Assembly (NCBI GenBank): GCA_973895155.1
Contig: OZ316898.1
Location: 13,546,330 to 13,610,329 of the forward strand
Direction: 5' to 3'
Origin: Marsupella aquatica
Lineage: Eukaryota; Plantae; Marchantiophyta
DNA: 64,000 nucleotides
The translations under genes were made by a program, and so were the position numbers. This document shows, piece after piece, positions 42,440 to 56,480 of this stretch. The stretch's first letter is position 1, and the number at the start of each line of letters is the position of its first letter. The notes under the pieces were generated by a model, which did not search any database, was not told the DNA's origin, and saw nothing but the letters and a program-made list of their open reading frames with translations.

Positions 42440-42856
42440 ATGGGAAACGTGTGCTCCAACACTTCCGCTACCGCGGTGGGAACTGCTGTTTCTGACGAGC
42501 TGTCGAGGCCAAAGAAGAAGAGGAGCGTAGTCGGAAATATGATCCACAACGTCAAAAAGAAGATGAGACCCAAGCCAAAATGGAATGAGTCGAAACCTGA
42601 GCAGGATAAAGTGAGAAAGAACCATAGTGAACTAGATGACCACGTCGAGAAGAGAAAGCCCCAGCCCCCAAAACCGAAGAAGGTGCCCAAACCTAAAGCG
42701 TACAATCAAAGTGATGGAGTACCAGAAGAGTTTGGGTATGGTGGCTCCGCTCCCGAAACTGGAGTCTTCGGACACGGCGGGGACGGCGGCCACTATGGTG
42801 GGGACGGTGGCCACTTTGGTGGGGACGGCGGCGATGGCGGGGACGGCGGTTTCTAA
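42440..42856 (+). CDS. Small Lys/Pro-rich protein with Gly-rich GGDGG tail, putatively myristoylated/palmitoylated (138 aa)
   Basis: MGNVCS start; RPKKKRSV...VKKK; C-terminal (GGDGGH[YF]) repeats. Confidence 0.6.
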   Translation: MGNVCSNTSATAVGTAVSDELSRPKKKRSVVGNMIHNVKKKMRPKPKWNESKPEQDKVRKNHSELDDHVEKRKPQPPKPKKVPKPKAYNQSDGVPEEFGYGGSAPETGVFGHGGDGGHYGGDGGHFGGDGGDGGDGGF

Positions 42857-45800
42857 TCACATGATTTGAAGTCTGACTGAATTTTGGAGCCCATGATCGC
42901 TACAGCCGGCATTTGGCCCTTCCGGACTCACAGCATTCCATACGCCCAAACGACTTCATATTTATTTCCATTTGTACACAGGTACAATCATGCTGGTTTG
43001 GGTAGCACACGAGAACAATTCAATCATGGCTTTGATCTTTTAAGGGTCATATGCTAGGTCCACACCGCCGAGTCTAACCAAAGGTATGGCCCTAGCTGCT
43101 GCAACGTTTTGTACATGTTCTGAACAATCAACTGCTGATATCACCGGATCGAGGATGACATCGATCGGAGATAGAATTTGTTCTTTGCTGTGCTGAGCAG
43201 ACGGATGCTTCAAAATGGTTTAAAGAGGTAGCAAAGTTGTAATTCAAGTCACAAACTTAAACTTGAGCAGAGCCGACTGAATAAGGGTGACTACGACATC
43301 CCGAGCTCGGTTTGTCAGCCGCCCATCGTTGCATAGGTAGCAGCATCAATCCGTAATTAGATTCTATTTTGCACTTAGCAAATCCCAGCTAGTTACAGTC
43401 TGAATGTTGTGACCAAATGTGATCAGTGCCTTCTCAGTGAAGAAATCATCAAAGTAGTAGCGTCCTCTCTATACTTAAATAATATGATCACCTTTTTTAT
43501 GGCTTTGTGGTCAGCATCGGTACGGTGGATCCGAGTCTAGATCCACCCACCTATGAGGAAAATAATTTCCTGAACTTCATCTGTTGACTTAATGCAATAT
43601 ATATGTGCCTGTATGTTGACTGCATTACATTGAGTTCATGCACTTATTGTCTTGACTTCGAAGCTGGGTAATGGAAGGATTCCGAGACTCTTTGTGAGAT
43701 AGAGATGGCCGAGAATCGTCTCGTTCAGGCTCACACTCGAGTGTTTTGAAATTATTCTCTGCACTCTAATACTGGATTTCATACAGAACGCGTTACAAGA
43801 TGCGAGATTATTGCACACACAGAGACAGAGTGATTGAGAAACAGCCAAAATCATCCTCAAATGGACCAAGGGTCATCGTCTATAAATGATCATGCACATT
43901 CACGTTCACTACTAAGGTACTCAATTGATGTCACATGTGACACCCTAGTAGCCTACCACCTGGTACAACGAAGAATTAGCAGAACGGTCAAGAGAAATCC
44001 TCCCTTAAAACCTTATTTGCCAAAATGTCAGGGCAAGACCAGACAATGCTGGCCAGTAAACCGGCTCTTCAATCGGCCTCGCTTTCAAATTCTCAATATA
44101 ACAGAGAACAGCATCACACGACCTTCTTGCCACGAACAAATTGTACAGTAAGGATGAGCAACAAGCGCCCTTTGCATAGATGACATCCAGAGAAAATATG
44201 ATGATGTAGTGCATCATCGCCGTTCATAAAACTTTGCAGATCGATAGAGAATGTTCTGCGCGCAGTCAGGAAATTCAAGCAAGTCAATCAGCAAGGGAAG
44301 CAAGTCAATCTGGAAAACTTGCGAGGGCAGAAGAAAAAGACGAGTCAGCCAGAATAAATTTCCGTTTAGGTGTTCGATTTTAATTCTGTGCGTCAAAGAA
44401 ACAACTCGAACGGTAAATACTCATACGATTTGACAGTAGCGGTACAATCATAAATAATCTAATCTCCTCCGTACGTAGCACGCTAATGTTCAGCTCATGA
44501 CAGAATCTTGTAGTACCGACAATCTGGGTGACAGTCACCTCGACATTCCTCCACTCAGCTGTCATCAGATATCTAGCTTGCTGTGATGGACGTGATTGAC
44601 CTACTCGGGGTCCGCCATTAAGGTACTCGACCCACTCTATCTGAAAGTAGTAATATAATGTGTGCACTAGTGATCTAAATAAAATAATGAAGTTTATCAT
44701 AGACTCTGGAGGGATATCGTACACGGTATATGTTATATTTTGATGTCCTCTGAAAGTGGTCTTATTCTCATCCACGAGTGGACGTACCCATCATTATCAA
44801 AAGCGAAAGCACCCGTCTTATTCATGAGTTGATGCACAGTCGATCGCCCGGTTAATCTTCGTGCCTGCTGAAAGAAAAGCAAGAAAATAATGGACCAACA
44901 CCCCAAGCAAGGAAATGAAATTAATCGTATTAATCATTTTACTATGCCAGTGGCCAGCAACCTCGAGATTCGTATAATTATCATGGTACGTTTTCACGGT
45001 TGAGACGTTGCTATTGAGCTTTGTCAAGTACGAGAACATTAATTTGGGATCACGAGGGAGAAACCTGAATAAACGTGAATTTCGAGGAGAGTGATCGGGC
45101 TGAGCTTGGAAGCACAGATATGACAAAAAGCTCAGAGATGACATAGTTAGATCGTTTAATCTACGTTTACGAATTGGCGATTTCTCTGGTTTGGATGTGA
45201 GTTCTTAGTGGCCGACATAGTGTTCTTTGATATAAGAGCCCACATTCGAGTCTAGCAATTTACTGATTTTCTCTCACACAAACGCATTGCAGCATATAAG
45301 CATGGGATATGATTTTGGTGGTTAGGCCGTTGTCTTCGCTACATCGATGGAGATAGCAAGGACCCGAATGTGACTGTGAAGACTAGTTCCAAGGGCACGT
45401 TCATCCAATATCCAATACTACCTTACGATGGCACAAATTTCCTACGTTTCTCGTCCAAGATCAGTAGTCCTCGGACACGGGAGGCCGATCCCTATATTTG
45501 GGAGGTGATGGAAATTGCGAAAGTTTTTGGAGATAGAATTAAATGTTGGCACCAGTTATTCGAGGTCGATGCGTACTACAGATGGACTGAGGTGACAGAA
45601 AGTGGAAAGAGTTTCTTGGATTGATGTGTATGAGACCTTCTCGTGGGTCATCGTTCTTCGTGGGTCATCGTGCATGGCGCTTCTCTCCGTTGTTCGTCTT
45701 ATTGATCTAGTCAATTGCTGCACTCAGCCATAGCTCCAGCTCGATATCGTTTGCTAGCTGCAGTTACGTGAAGCATGATCTTTTGTTAAGCCACGTTTTG

Positions 45801-46289
45801 ATCGGGGCAGTTGCTGATAGCTTTGGTGGGGCTATAAACGACTGGCTATAAACTATAGTGAGGTATCACAAGTCTACTTATGCGAACGCAGCCCAGGAAG
45901 ATGAGTCGTATGAAAAGCTTATAACTAGCCAAAGCGGCAAGAGGACATCTTACCATTTCATACAATTAATCAACGTTTTGCCTAGAGACCCTGTTAAATC
46001 ATCTCAAAATAGGCGGCAGCTGCTGTGGATGTAATAAATTACAAGGTAAAGTGGTACACAACATGACCACCACAGGGCTTCAGATTGTTTCTGTTCATCG
46101 GCTGAACCCATCTTCAGAGTCTGCAGGAACAAAGATTTCTAAAACGTTTACAAATACTCCAAATATGAGTTTCCTAGAAGTTACAAAGTGAGCTCTACTA
46201 TCTGACAGCCCTCATGGAAAGGTCCTACTTTCACGTTATTTGACAGAAATTACAATGTCGACAAATTAGGGGAGACGAGGCTCGTTGCT

Positions 46290-48458
46290 TCAACTGCTCC
46301 TTGCATTCTCAATAGCTTTGACAAGATCTGGGTATTTAGCTCCACTGACTTCCCCGGCCAGCTCATTCTTCTTGAAGATCTTGAAAGTAGGCACAACTCG
46401 GATCCCCAGCTCCTTAGCCAGTACCTTCAAAACACCAATCTCACATTTCAGTGTCGTCTCATGCTTGTTCCTCTATCAATCCATCAATAATATAGATTAA
46501 CATACTTCTACAACCATTCGCCAAATAAAGCTCGCATATCATTCAAACACTTCCATTAATGCAGGTAACAACACTGATATCCGTCGGCTTCAGTGTCCCT
46601 CCATAGCTTATAAACAACCTTGCTCAAAATAAGGCTACCGGGCCAAATCTAGTGGGATGTGCATCCAGCTAGTACAGCACAGAAAATCTTATCAAGAAAA
46701 TTATCCAGCAAACCATTCTTTCCCTGAGGCACAAACCTTGTTGTGTTGGTTGCAGTCGAGTTTCAAGAAAATCACGTCATCCATCTGCTCCGCCAGCTTG
46801 ATGATTTTTGGTAGCATAAGCTTGCAAGGTCCGCACCTAACAGTGAAAAGTGTATGAGGTCTCATTAGACACGAAGTACACATTTGGCAAACTCTGACGT
46901 GTCTGACAGAAAACAATAACATTAGGGACACTTAAATTCCAGTAACTTTCTAAGCAGACTACTGCTTCGATCTAGATTACCTCAGACCTTGTCTATGATA
47001 AAATGACCAGTTTGAATCCCTCTGTATTGAAAGTGAAGTATTTCCTAACCCAACTGAAGTTAAGAAATATCCCTTTCCAATTACTCTCAGAAAAGCCCGT
47101 ACAGCGCGTCACACTGAGTCCAGTGAGAAGAGAATAAACTAAGATAGACGTTGAATTTACTGAATGAAGAAGGCTCTACTGTTTCCACTTCTTGGACAAG
47201 TCATGCTGAAGTCCCAATCAGTCCAAGCGGAGAATTGCCCAAGATGAATTGTGATAGCAGTTCACCACAGAAGCTCCAAGCAAGGGTGAGCAGGTGAGCC
47301 CTTGTGCAAACAGATATGGGAGAGAGGTTTGAGAGGTTTCCGTGCAACCTAGATTCACCCAAAGACATATCATGGGACCAAGTAAACGCCGACCCTAGCA
47401 ATGTAAGTGAGCCTCTAAGTCGACTGGTCAAACGTATCATAACCTAATAGAAAATATACTCCTCACTACTTTGGTTTTCTTGACTAGCCCATCTTGCTCT
47501 TCAAAAGGAATAAAGACAGAGGGACATGTGGGATTGCGCTTGCGACAGCGTCCTTAATGGCTTTACAGTACAGGGAGGATCACAGAATTCGTCGTTCACC
47601 TTGATCTACGTCGGTGTTAGCAAGATGACCGCAGTCCAACAGGACAATATTACAGACGATAAATTTCGTCTATTTCATGGTGACGCCGACCAATGCAAAG
47701 ATCCCAATCGAGGTAGAGCCCGACTAGAGCTGGGTTGGACAGAGGCAGACTCAGATTCTACTGAAGCACAATGTCATACAGGATCAATTGCTCTTACAAG
47801 TTTACTGCGACTGGACGAGAACTCCGTCCCCTCCATTATGTGCTTGTTGTCACGTACTTGGCAAGAGAAACCACATCAATCTAAATGAGAGAATGAATTC
47901 TCAAAGGAAAGTCGAGAATAGATATACTTAACCACTGAACAAGAAGGAATTTCAAAGCAAACATCAGTCTATTGTACCGAAAAGGCATTCCATAGCCAAA
48001 GGTCTTCAATTGTCATCTGTTCAATATGCCCTTCTGAGCACTAGTCTATCATTCCGAATACCAGGCAATTGGGCAACCACTGACGGCTTCCGAGCGACAT
48101 ACCATTGAGTGTACATGTCCAAAACCACCACCTTCTCTCCAGCAGACTTCACAATTGGCCAGAACGAGTCCTTATCCACCTCCGTGACACCCCCAGAGTT
48201 CAACTCAGTCGAAAGCGCTGGGGTGGTGGTAGCCGTCCCCACTTCCAATTGCTCTGCTCTCGCCACTCCTCCTCTCTTACTGGAAACCCGAAGCGGCGCC
48301 ACTGGCCTCACAGCTCCAAGCCTCACTCCCTGCAATGACGATCCCGAATTCATCAACAAACTCCTCCCTCTGATTCCTCTCTGAGCCCCGCATTCCACCG
48401 TCGATAGACTCCCCCATTGTGATCCCACACCCCCAGCAACTGACAGGATCATGGCCAT
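46290..48458 (-). CDS. TRXF: Chloroplast thioredoxin f (3 exons: ~48103-48458, ~46737-46836, 46290-46424)
   Basis: Transit peptide, VVLDMYTQW|CGPCK active site, f-type extra Cys in FLKLDCNQ, ELGIRVVPTFKI. Confidence 0.92.
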
Positions 48459-51305
48459 CACTCGCACTTCACTTTACTAGCTGTTCCGACTTCCTTCCAC
48501 CCTTAGTGCAGAGTCAAGCTAGCGCTCTGCTCTAAAGTTTGGGCAAATCCTCTTCGTCTACTATAAACTTCGCCAGCCTTATCGTGTCTAAGAAACCCAG
48601 AATGACGCACAATTGTTCAGTTTTTGAAAATTCGACATGCCGGCTCAGCAGGGATCATGAATCTCGTTGCGAATTGTGCCGTCTTGGGATTTTTGTCCAA
48701 GCCTCTGTGTGCCACACAAGCTTTTGGCTCTCGACGGGATTGTGGACGAGAAGCCTCCTTCAGGGCTAACCGCAGTCAACTCCACTCAACCCCGGTTAGC
48801 ACTCCAAATGGAAGCAAGCATTTCGGTGAGTGTCTCTTTATGCTTTTCCTTGCTTTGGTTGTTTTCCCTTGCAATAAAACTTTCTTGAATAAATACAGTA
48901 AGTGGCCAAGGAGGAGCGTTTTTTTAGGGGCTAAAGAATTCACCAAACTCCATGTCAGCTCAAAGATTTGCCATTTTTGGCTAAATTTGACAGGATTTCT
49001 TTTTTCAATTAGTCACTTTTCCACTTAGCCAGACCCCCCATTCGCTGGAATCTGAAGTTTATCTTTAACTTTTTTGTTTTGGATTAGCCAGACCTCATTA
49101 ACTAGAATCTCATAGTTATCCTTAATCTAAGGAGATCCAAATTACGTGAAAAAGAAAAAGAAAAGTAATATTCTTAACGGCTTCTCTCGTTCACCAGGGG
49201 AGATCTTTCATCTAGGAAAATTAGATAAGGAATCTTATTAACATTTTCTCCTTGTCACAAAGTGCCATGTGTCACCTAGCAAAAAAGAAAAAACCTTAAA
49301 AGTTAGCCCTGCCCTGGAGCTCTTCAAGGAAAAGCAGGTGCCTAATGGCATGGTGACTCACACAGAGATCATAGTATTTTGCTTTTCCTTTCACGCAAGT
49401 GAATTTTATTGCTCTCTCGACTAGGGAAAACCGAGCGAATGTGAGAAGTGGATCCTGACCGTCCATAGAGAATTGCCACAACACCGATTGAAATAGTCAA
49501 AGCATATCACCCAATAATTCCCAGTCCGGCATGAACGAAGGAATCAATTTCATTGTAATTCTGCAATGTCAACATGACGTACTTCACTCCAAATCTGAAT
49601 CATGCTTTTCACAGAACAGTTTTCTTGCACCGAAAGACAGCCCTTAGTTGAACGGAGTAATGCAGCTTGAGTGACATCCACTGCTAACAGGTTCTCACGA
49701 TGTATCGGGCTTTGAACAGGTGTAAACCGATCTCATGAGTCACACAGTCCATGAAAATTGCCATGGACAGCATTACAGTCCGTCGGAACTTTCTTGTTCA
49801 GACATTCAGAGAATAAATAGGGGGGGTTCATGTTTTGAGTCACCGGGGTTTTAGTTTCAGACTTACCTGAGTATGTATTGCACTTTACTGATGACTAAAC
49901 GTGCTTTTTCAAGACCCAGCAAAAACATCAATTGTGGTGGGCTGTGCTTCTCTGCACTAAGGTTAACATTGCTCTTCATGATATCCGAAGGAATGCTCTG
50001 AACCAATCTGGATCGTTTTTGTGGAGAACAGCGGCTCAGGCCTTAAGACCCTTCGAATGATCGTTATTGGAGGCATTATAGTTGCTCAATGTGCGAATTC
50101 AAGGTAAAGTGTGTCGTGGCGCTGACGACAGTGGAACGTCTTCGGACTGAACGTATCATTCGACGAGACTGCAATGCATTCGAACTCAAGAAAGGAGACT
50201 GTAGCAGCCATTCTAAAGTAGGTGCTCAGCTTCTTGGATTTTCTTTGGTCGTTGCTTCACTGGCTTGCGGCGGCTTCATACTCGTTTTTGAGTGAAGGCT
50301 AACAGTGCCTATTTGGTGATTTGAGGATTGATAAATTTGGATCCACGCCAGTCAGCGCTGAACTCATTTCACTGAAGCTTGACCACATTGCTATAAGTCC
50401 ATAACACCTCCACATCCACTATAAAGACTGGGGTATGACATAACACTCTCCCAAGCTCCCCCACCACCCCACCGTCACATCTCCGTAGTTGCCAGTGCGC
50501 GCACGTCTGTCAATTGCAAAGACAGGTCCCAACTCGTGTGCACCTCATCCCAGTTCGAAGTTCACATTCACATGCCTGCCACCAATTCTCAATCACGAGA
50601 TGTGCAATCACAAAGAAATGTCAATTTTTCTGATTCTCGTCAATTTTTCTGATTCTGCCCTTCACATTGCTGGCCTCAGTCCTCATCATGACTTGGCAGA
50701 AAAGAAAAATTCCATTGCCAAAGATCACCTGTCATAGTGCAACTCCAGCACGAGATTGTAATCTTGTTTCGCCACAACATTACATCAATTCCTGAAGTTT
50801 TACGATTTTATGGTTTTGCACAAGGCATGAAGCCACCACTGATAAAACTTGCTCCTACCACAAGATAGCGTCAAATATCTCGTATCAGAAACTAAGTTTT
50901 ATTATGTAACTGGGCCTTTAATACATTGAAGATGACAGCATCAAAATTGCGAAGAGGGCTATTGCTCTGCAGTATTTGGGCCAACCTTTCCGCGGTGAAT
51001 GAACTACAACTACATAGGCCCGGCTCTGCATGATTCGTAAGAACTTTTCCACTGGTAAAACGAGTAAGCCTGACCAGAACATTCCTCAGCGGTATTTGGA
51101 ACAAAAAGTTTCCCACTAGACTCAACTCATTATTATGTACAGGTCACGTTGGAATTAAGAGACGGGACGGGACGGGACGGGACTAGCAGCAGCAGCAGCA
51201 GCAAAACACTCCGCCCACCAAAAATCCATCTCGGGGTTCACTTCCCCTATAACGTGCAGTCGATCCTAGCATCATTTTGGGTCATCACTGGGGGGAAATC
51301 CTTAC

Positions 51306-53081
51306 TCAAAGAATGTCCCTTCTCCGGAGCAGTCTATACATGGCAAAAGTGTTCTTCCGTTGCCAACGCCAGGGAATAAATATTGCACGATGCAGAGCAG
51401 GTGAGAGCTCATTATCCAAGAAGGGCTGTTGCCATACCAGCTGCCACCTAGCCTCGTTATCCCCCCGGTAGGTTCTCCCTGGCCTGTCAAGCTTCAGTTC
51501 AATCAAAAACATACACATTTGATCATTCTCCAAAAATTGCTTAGGAGTGCCCTGGTTGTTCTTGTTGAAGTAGTGTGGCGCTGAAGCTGTCCCACCCAAG
51601 GTACCATTGAAGGGGAGAGGAAGAAGACCCTTCTCACCGTCATCTAGCCAACCAATCTGGTAGGGAGGGGTTGGCAAGAAGAAGGATGATGGGAACCGGT
51701 GCCACTCAGCCCCCACACAGACAACAGCAGCTCCAGTCGGATCTGTAGGTGTGATATTATTTCCTAATTGACCAAGTTTCTGGTAAACCTGCAGTGGTGC
51801 TGAGTACCCATATAGCAGTGAGGCGTTCCTACTGTAAGAGAGCCCTAGTATGAGTGACAACATAAGGGTTCGTAAAGCCTTAACCAATAGGACAACTTTG
51901 GGCTCCTCGTTAGGAGCATGGTATCGAGGCCTAGGAAACAAGTCTGGGATTGCTTCGATCGTTGCAGCAGCTGCAAGACAAATCAATGGATAGATTGGAT
52001 ACAAAAACCTTTCCTCTTTATGTTCCTGGAGTGACATGAATCCCAACCACAAATACATGGGAGAGACCATGACCATCAGCAGTGCATACTTTCTTCTGTA
52101 GATCAATGCAACCACTGGGAATATGAGTGCCAGTGGAAGGGCAAAATTGAAATTATTAAACCCATTCCGTAGATAGAAAAGTGGTCCTTCCACACCAAAT
52201 AACTGACTATTCCCACCGCCAAAGACATTATACAAGACCAGATTGAGTACAGAGGATGTCCATTTGCCATAGAAGATTCGGTCGATTCCAGCTGAAATTG
52301 CCAAAGCAAAGATGGAAGTACTGAATCCTGCTAGAAAAACTGGCACGAACCCTCCTACGACAAAAGCATACGCAACAAGAGGTAGAGTTGCCAGCACTGA
52401 GAAAGGCCACCCAAACACCACTCCCACAACAGCAACAGCCACTGCTGTCCCGGGTTTCCTGTACAGCAGTGCTGCTACGGCAAGAGTAATGGCATACATA
52501 GAGAATGTGCTGGGGAGAAGGCCAGTGCTCGCATTGAACAACGCGCTGGTGAAACAGAGAAGTACGAGAGTGTAAGCTCCCAATCTTCTTCCAAACACCT
52601 TAGCTGTGCCAGTCACCAACGTTGCCTCGGTGGTAGCGGAAACCAGCCCTAACAAGAGTTTCAGAAAATAGAACACCTTAACCTTCCCAGGGCCAGTGCC
52701 ATACCACCAAGCCACTGGCTTGAGAATTGCTGCGTGAAACAAAATGTACAACCAAGAGCGTAGAGCGAACTCCGAACTGTACTCCCATGTTTGAAACCCC
52801 GTCCCATACAAGAGGTAGTGCAATGGTTCCAAGTAATTGAAAGCCTCGTCGCAGTCATGAATGAGGTTCGACTGGGCGCTGAAGTATCTGGCCAAAGCTA
52901 GGGCGAAAAATGCAATTCCCCAGCTCAACTCTCCCTCGTTTCCAGCTCCTAATTTTGCTTCCCTTTTCGCCTTATCCTTCAACGAGTCTGCTCTCAATTC
53001 CTCAAACTGCTCCTGGGTCAAGTTCTCTTCCTGCCCAAACCTCTTCCTCCGCTGCCGTAACTCTGCCCCATCTGTCTCCAT
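51306..53081 (-). CDS. ALG9: Dol-P-Man alpha-1,2-mannosyltransferase (GT22, ALG9/EBS3-like), single exon
   Basis: IHDCDEAFNYLEPLHYLLYG.GFQTWEYS, HKEERFLYPIYP, VCVGAEWHRFPSSFF; multiple TM segments; ATG at 53081 (METDGAEL). Confidence 0.93.
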   Translation of the reverse strand: METDGAELRQRRKRFGQEENLTQEQFEELRADSLKDKAKREAKLGAGNEGELSWGIAFFALALARYFSAQSNLIHDCDEAFNYLEPLHYLLYGTGFQTWEYSSEFALRSWLYILFHAAILKPVAWWYGTGPGKVKVFYFLKLLLGLVSATTEATLVTGTAKVFGRRLGAYTLVLLCFTSALFNASTGLLPSTFSMYAITLAVAALLYRKPGTAVAVAVVGVVFGWPFSVLATLPLVAYAFVVGGFVPVFLAGFSTSIFALAISAGIDRIFYGKWTSSVLNLVLYNVFGGGNSQLFGVEGPLFYLRNGFNNFNFALPLALIFPVVALIYRRKYALLMVMVSPMYLWLGFMSLQEHKEERFLYPIYPLICLAAAATIEAIPDLFPRPRYHAPNEEPKVVLLVKALRTLMLSLILGLSYSRNASLLYGYSAPLQVYQKLGQLGNNITPTDPTGAAVVCVGAEWHRFPSSFFLPTPPYQIGWLDDGEKGLLPLPFNGTLGGTASAPHYFNKNNQGTPKQFLENDQMCMFLIELKLDRPGRTYRGDNEARWQLVWQQPFLDNELSPALHRAIFIPWRWQRKNTFAMYRLLRRRDIL

Positions 53082-53083
53082 TC

Positions 53084-53156
53084 CTCTGCTCTCCTCTCCT
53101 CTCCTCTCCTCTCCTCTCCTCTCCTCCCCTCTGCTCTCTTCACCTCTCGTCTCTCC
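53084..53156. repeat. (CTCCT)n microsatellite in ALG9 5' leader
   Basis: Read directly; explains the spurious GEERR N-terminal extension of the ORF call. Confidence 0.8.
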
Positions 53157-54520
53157 AAGAAGCCCACAATTCCGTTCTTGAACCACTTTCTCCAGTTTCA
53201 GAACACGACGTTTCTGAATTAGGACTCTCCCACTCCAATCGCAAGTGTCAAGGAGGCCGGGGCTTCACTACAAATATGTTATGACATTTCAAGAGCAAAG
53301 TCCGGATCTATAGAACATCGAGAAAGAGGGAACGAAAAGGATCAATTATCACTTACTCGAGAGCAGTACAGTCTGTATGGAGAGTCACATAAGGCCGCCT
53401 CTCACCGGGACTATTTTTAAGGTTGTTTTACACTTGGGACAAAAACAGAGAGATATACTTAATGGACCTCGTTTCTCCCCCCATGTACCAAAACGTTTCA
53501 TTTTTCTCCTAAGCCACCTCCTGGCCCGGTACCATTTTGTGTCATAAATTATTTCACCTTGATTTTCAGTCCCTACAACACGGGAATTCCATGATTGTAG
53601 AACCCAGGATTGTTTACCATTGTTGGGTGTACATCCAACTACATAGCCTAAAACAGCTGAATATGAGTGGAGTGTCAAAACAGCATTTGGCCATGCAGCC
53701 CCCCAGTAAGAAATGGCACATCACAATTAGAATTTTAATAGAATATCTGCAAGTAGTCAGAGGTGTGATAGAAATTTTAGCCCAACCTCATCTGCAGGAT
53801 GTAAAATCAAAATAGACACACAAATATCATGGAGTGAACTGAACTGCTAAGTATGACATGGTTTTGTTCATTTGGGCAGGCTTTGGCACTGAACATTTTG
53901 AGTAAGGTTGGAGAGCGATAAGGTTTTCTAAGTGTGAACACTTTATATCTTTGTAGATGTATACCTCGCACACTTAATTTTGTGCTGTACATAGCATGAT
54001 TTTGTCCATTTTGGCAACTTTGGCGCCAAGCATCTCTATATGGCAGGGGAGGAATAATGTTTTCTAAGTGTGATGAAGGGGTCTCTGTATGCATTGTGCA
54101 CTAAGTGTACCATGCGTACATACTTTTGTGCTGTATACCTGGTTGTATAGGAGCATGGTTTTGTCCATTTCAGCAGGTTTGGCACCGAGCACCTTTGCAA
54201 GGTTGGGGTGAGATCATTTTTTCTAAATATGGGCTTTGAATACATTGTGCATGATGTGTATCATACATGCTTTCATCAAGTTTGGCTATCTTTGGTGCCA
54301 AGCATGTTTGTAAGGACAGGGAGGGTAATGCTGAGAAAATCAAAGTTTCCGCTAGGACGCCTCAAAGCCAAACTGTGGCCAAAAGTTACGGATTTATGGT
54401 CCATCCTGTAACTCTGTTATGAGAACTAGTTAAGGAATTTTAAAATGGGAGGAGGTAGCATTGACCCTCCCCACAAGGCATGAGTTACAACCTCACCTTA
54501 GTCTCATAGCATGTGCCAGT

Positions 54521-54853
54521 TGTTGAGCATAGACGACATTCGCAACTGCAAGCCCAAGAACCATTCAACGCACAAGAGTCGACATAGAGAGATACGTGGT
54601 TCACCTCCACATGAGGCTACGTCCACGAGAACACACAAGAGCTTTACTGCACTTTAGGCCGAACGACCATACCAAGCATCCACAGCACAAGCTCTCCCTA
54701 TCTCTCAACTAGCTCCGTAACAATGAGCCTAAGTTCCACCCAGGGTTTGGCTATATGCACAACAGCACTATCGCTAACATTAGCTAAGTCCTAACCCGAG
54801 TTAGACTAACTGTGTTTAGCTCATGAGTCACAAGACTAGAGCAATATCTAACA
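54521..54853 (-). mobile_element. Solo LTR, Copia-like (333 bp)
   Basis: TGTT...AACA ends; 5-bp TSD CCAGT (54516-54520, 54854-54858); GTGGACGTAGCC...GGTGAACCACGTA on minus, typical of plant Copia LTRs. Confidence 0.8.
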
Positions 54854-56144
54854 CCAGTTCCCCTTCATTCTTGGTCAGCCTCCACCTCAAATGCAGTAGC
54901 CATCGCCACGTCAGGTGCAAAACTCACATGCATTGGATCGTAGCTTTCTGGATTACCAGATGTTGGCCTAAAGTTACGGGAAAGTTGTTGAGCCTACAAA
55001 CTTTACTTATGGTAGCCAAAAATGGGCTCATGTAACTTTCATGGGAGTTCTATAACTCTTTTATTTAATTATGGGAAGACATAATCGTGGTATGACCAAG
55101 TATTGAGGGTGACGCTCTAGTAGAGTAGAGCCCTTGACTATTCATTAATCCATGAGTCATTAGCTAACTTCTCTTGATATCATCACCCAATATCCCTTTC
55201 CCAAGGTTCTTGCAAAATATAATCTCAAATCAAAATAAAGCAAACAAACTCATTTCACACTTACCAGGAAAGAAATTGAAGACAAGTTAGGGAGTAGCCC
55301 ACTCAGCAAGAGTACAATAATAGGGCATTGCAAAGCTTCATAGTCACCGATAATGGCTTCAGGGACTAAACAAATGGCCACAATTTTTTCACATGGTTAT
55401 GTATGAATGTTATTCACTAACCTCTACAACTACTTATAGTCGAGGCCTCTGACCAATCTTGATGACAAAAAGTTTATGGATTTAGGGTTTAAACCCTAAG
55501 TTTGGTCCTTAATGCCCTTTGCAATTTTTGTTGTTGGTATTTTTAAGGGCATTTATGGGAGCAAAATGCCCCGGTCAAGATCTGGAGCATCTCTTTTGGA
55601 AGATTCCCCTCTACTCCTACAAAAGTTGGGGAAAATAAAAATCTCTGAGGTCTTGAAGTGTAGTAAGGTACTATTTCAGGAGCATTATGGGCAATAATAG
55701 CCCTCAAAACTCAAACTGAAGCTCTCTTTTTGGGGGGCATTACATCTCATACTGCTCTCTAATATAATGAGTACTTTAGAGTATACATAAAATTTTATGT
55801 CCATCAAGTTTTGAGGTTTGAGACCCCCTCTTGTGATCCTTGTCTTGTGTTGCTGAAGTTTACTGTTCCATTTCATTTCTCTGCTACCTCCTCCACTGTA
55901 CAGTAGTAAAGCACAAATTAATCTCATTTTGTAGCCTAAGTAGTTGTTGTGATGTAAAGAAGGGCAAGAACTTGCTCAAGTACATTGCTCTTCCATCTCC
56001 ACACCACCTGGTCTTCACTTGGAGCAATACAAGCAGGATCCTAGGATCTCTTGGTTCTAGGCTCATCCCCTGACTAGCCCACTTTGGGGCCCTGGCTGGT
56101 TTAACCCTCTTTCCCTTCTGGTCAGGGTCCCTGTCGGATCCCTA

Positions 56145-56480
56145 GGTATTGTCCCCTTGTCCCTACATAAAATCGCATGCTCCAGAGGTCTGAGATCTGT
56201 GGGTATTGTCCCCTTGTGGCTTCCCTACATAAAATCGCATGCTCCAGAGATCTGAGATCTGTGGGTATTGTCCCCTTGTGGCTTCCCTACATAAAATTGC
56301 ATGCAATATAGATCTTTGGGTATTGTCCCCTTGTGACTTCCCTACATAAAATAGCATGCTCCAGAGATCTCTCCGTATTGTCCCCTTGTGGCTTCTTTGC
56401 ATAAAATAGCATGCTCCAGAGCTACCGGTCCCTGGGTATTGACCCCTTGTGGGGTACCCTACATAAAATAACATGCCCAA
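56145..56480. repeat. Minisatellite, ~58-bp unit x6
   Basis: GTATTGTCCCCTTGTGGCTTCCCTACATAAAAT.GCATGCTCCAGAG repeated with variation. Confidence 0.88.

Noticed and set aside
43100-45150. Fragmented minus-strand ORFs with hydrophobic segments, possibly a decayed gene
   Set aside because: No recognisable motif or consistent splice model; cannot be supported without a homology search.
53082-53186. GEERR-repeat N-terminal extension of ALG9
   Set aside because: Starts at a non-ATG codon and is the translation of a CTCCT microsatellite.
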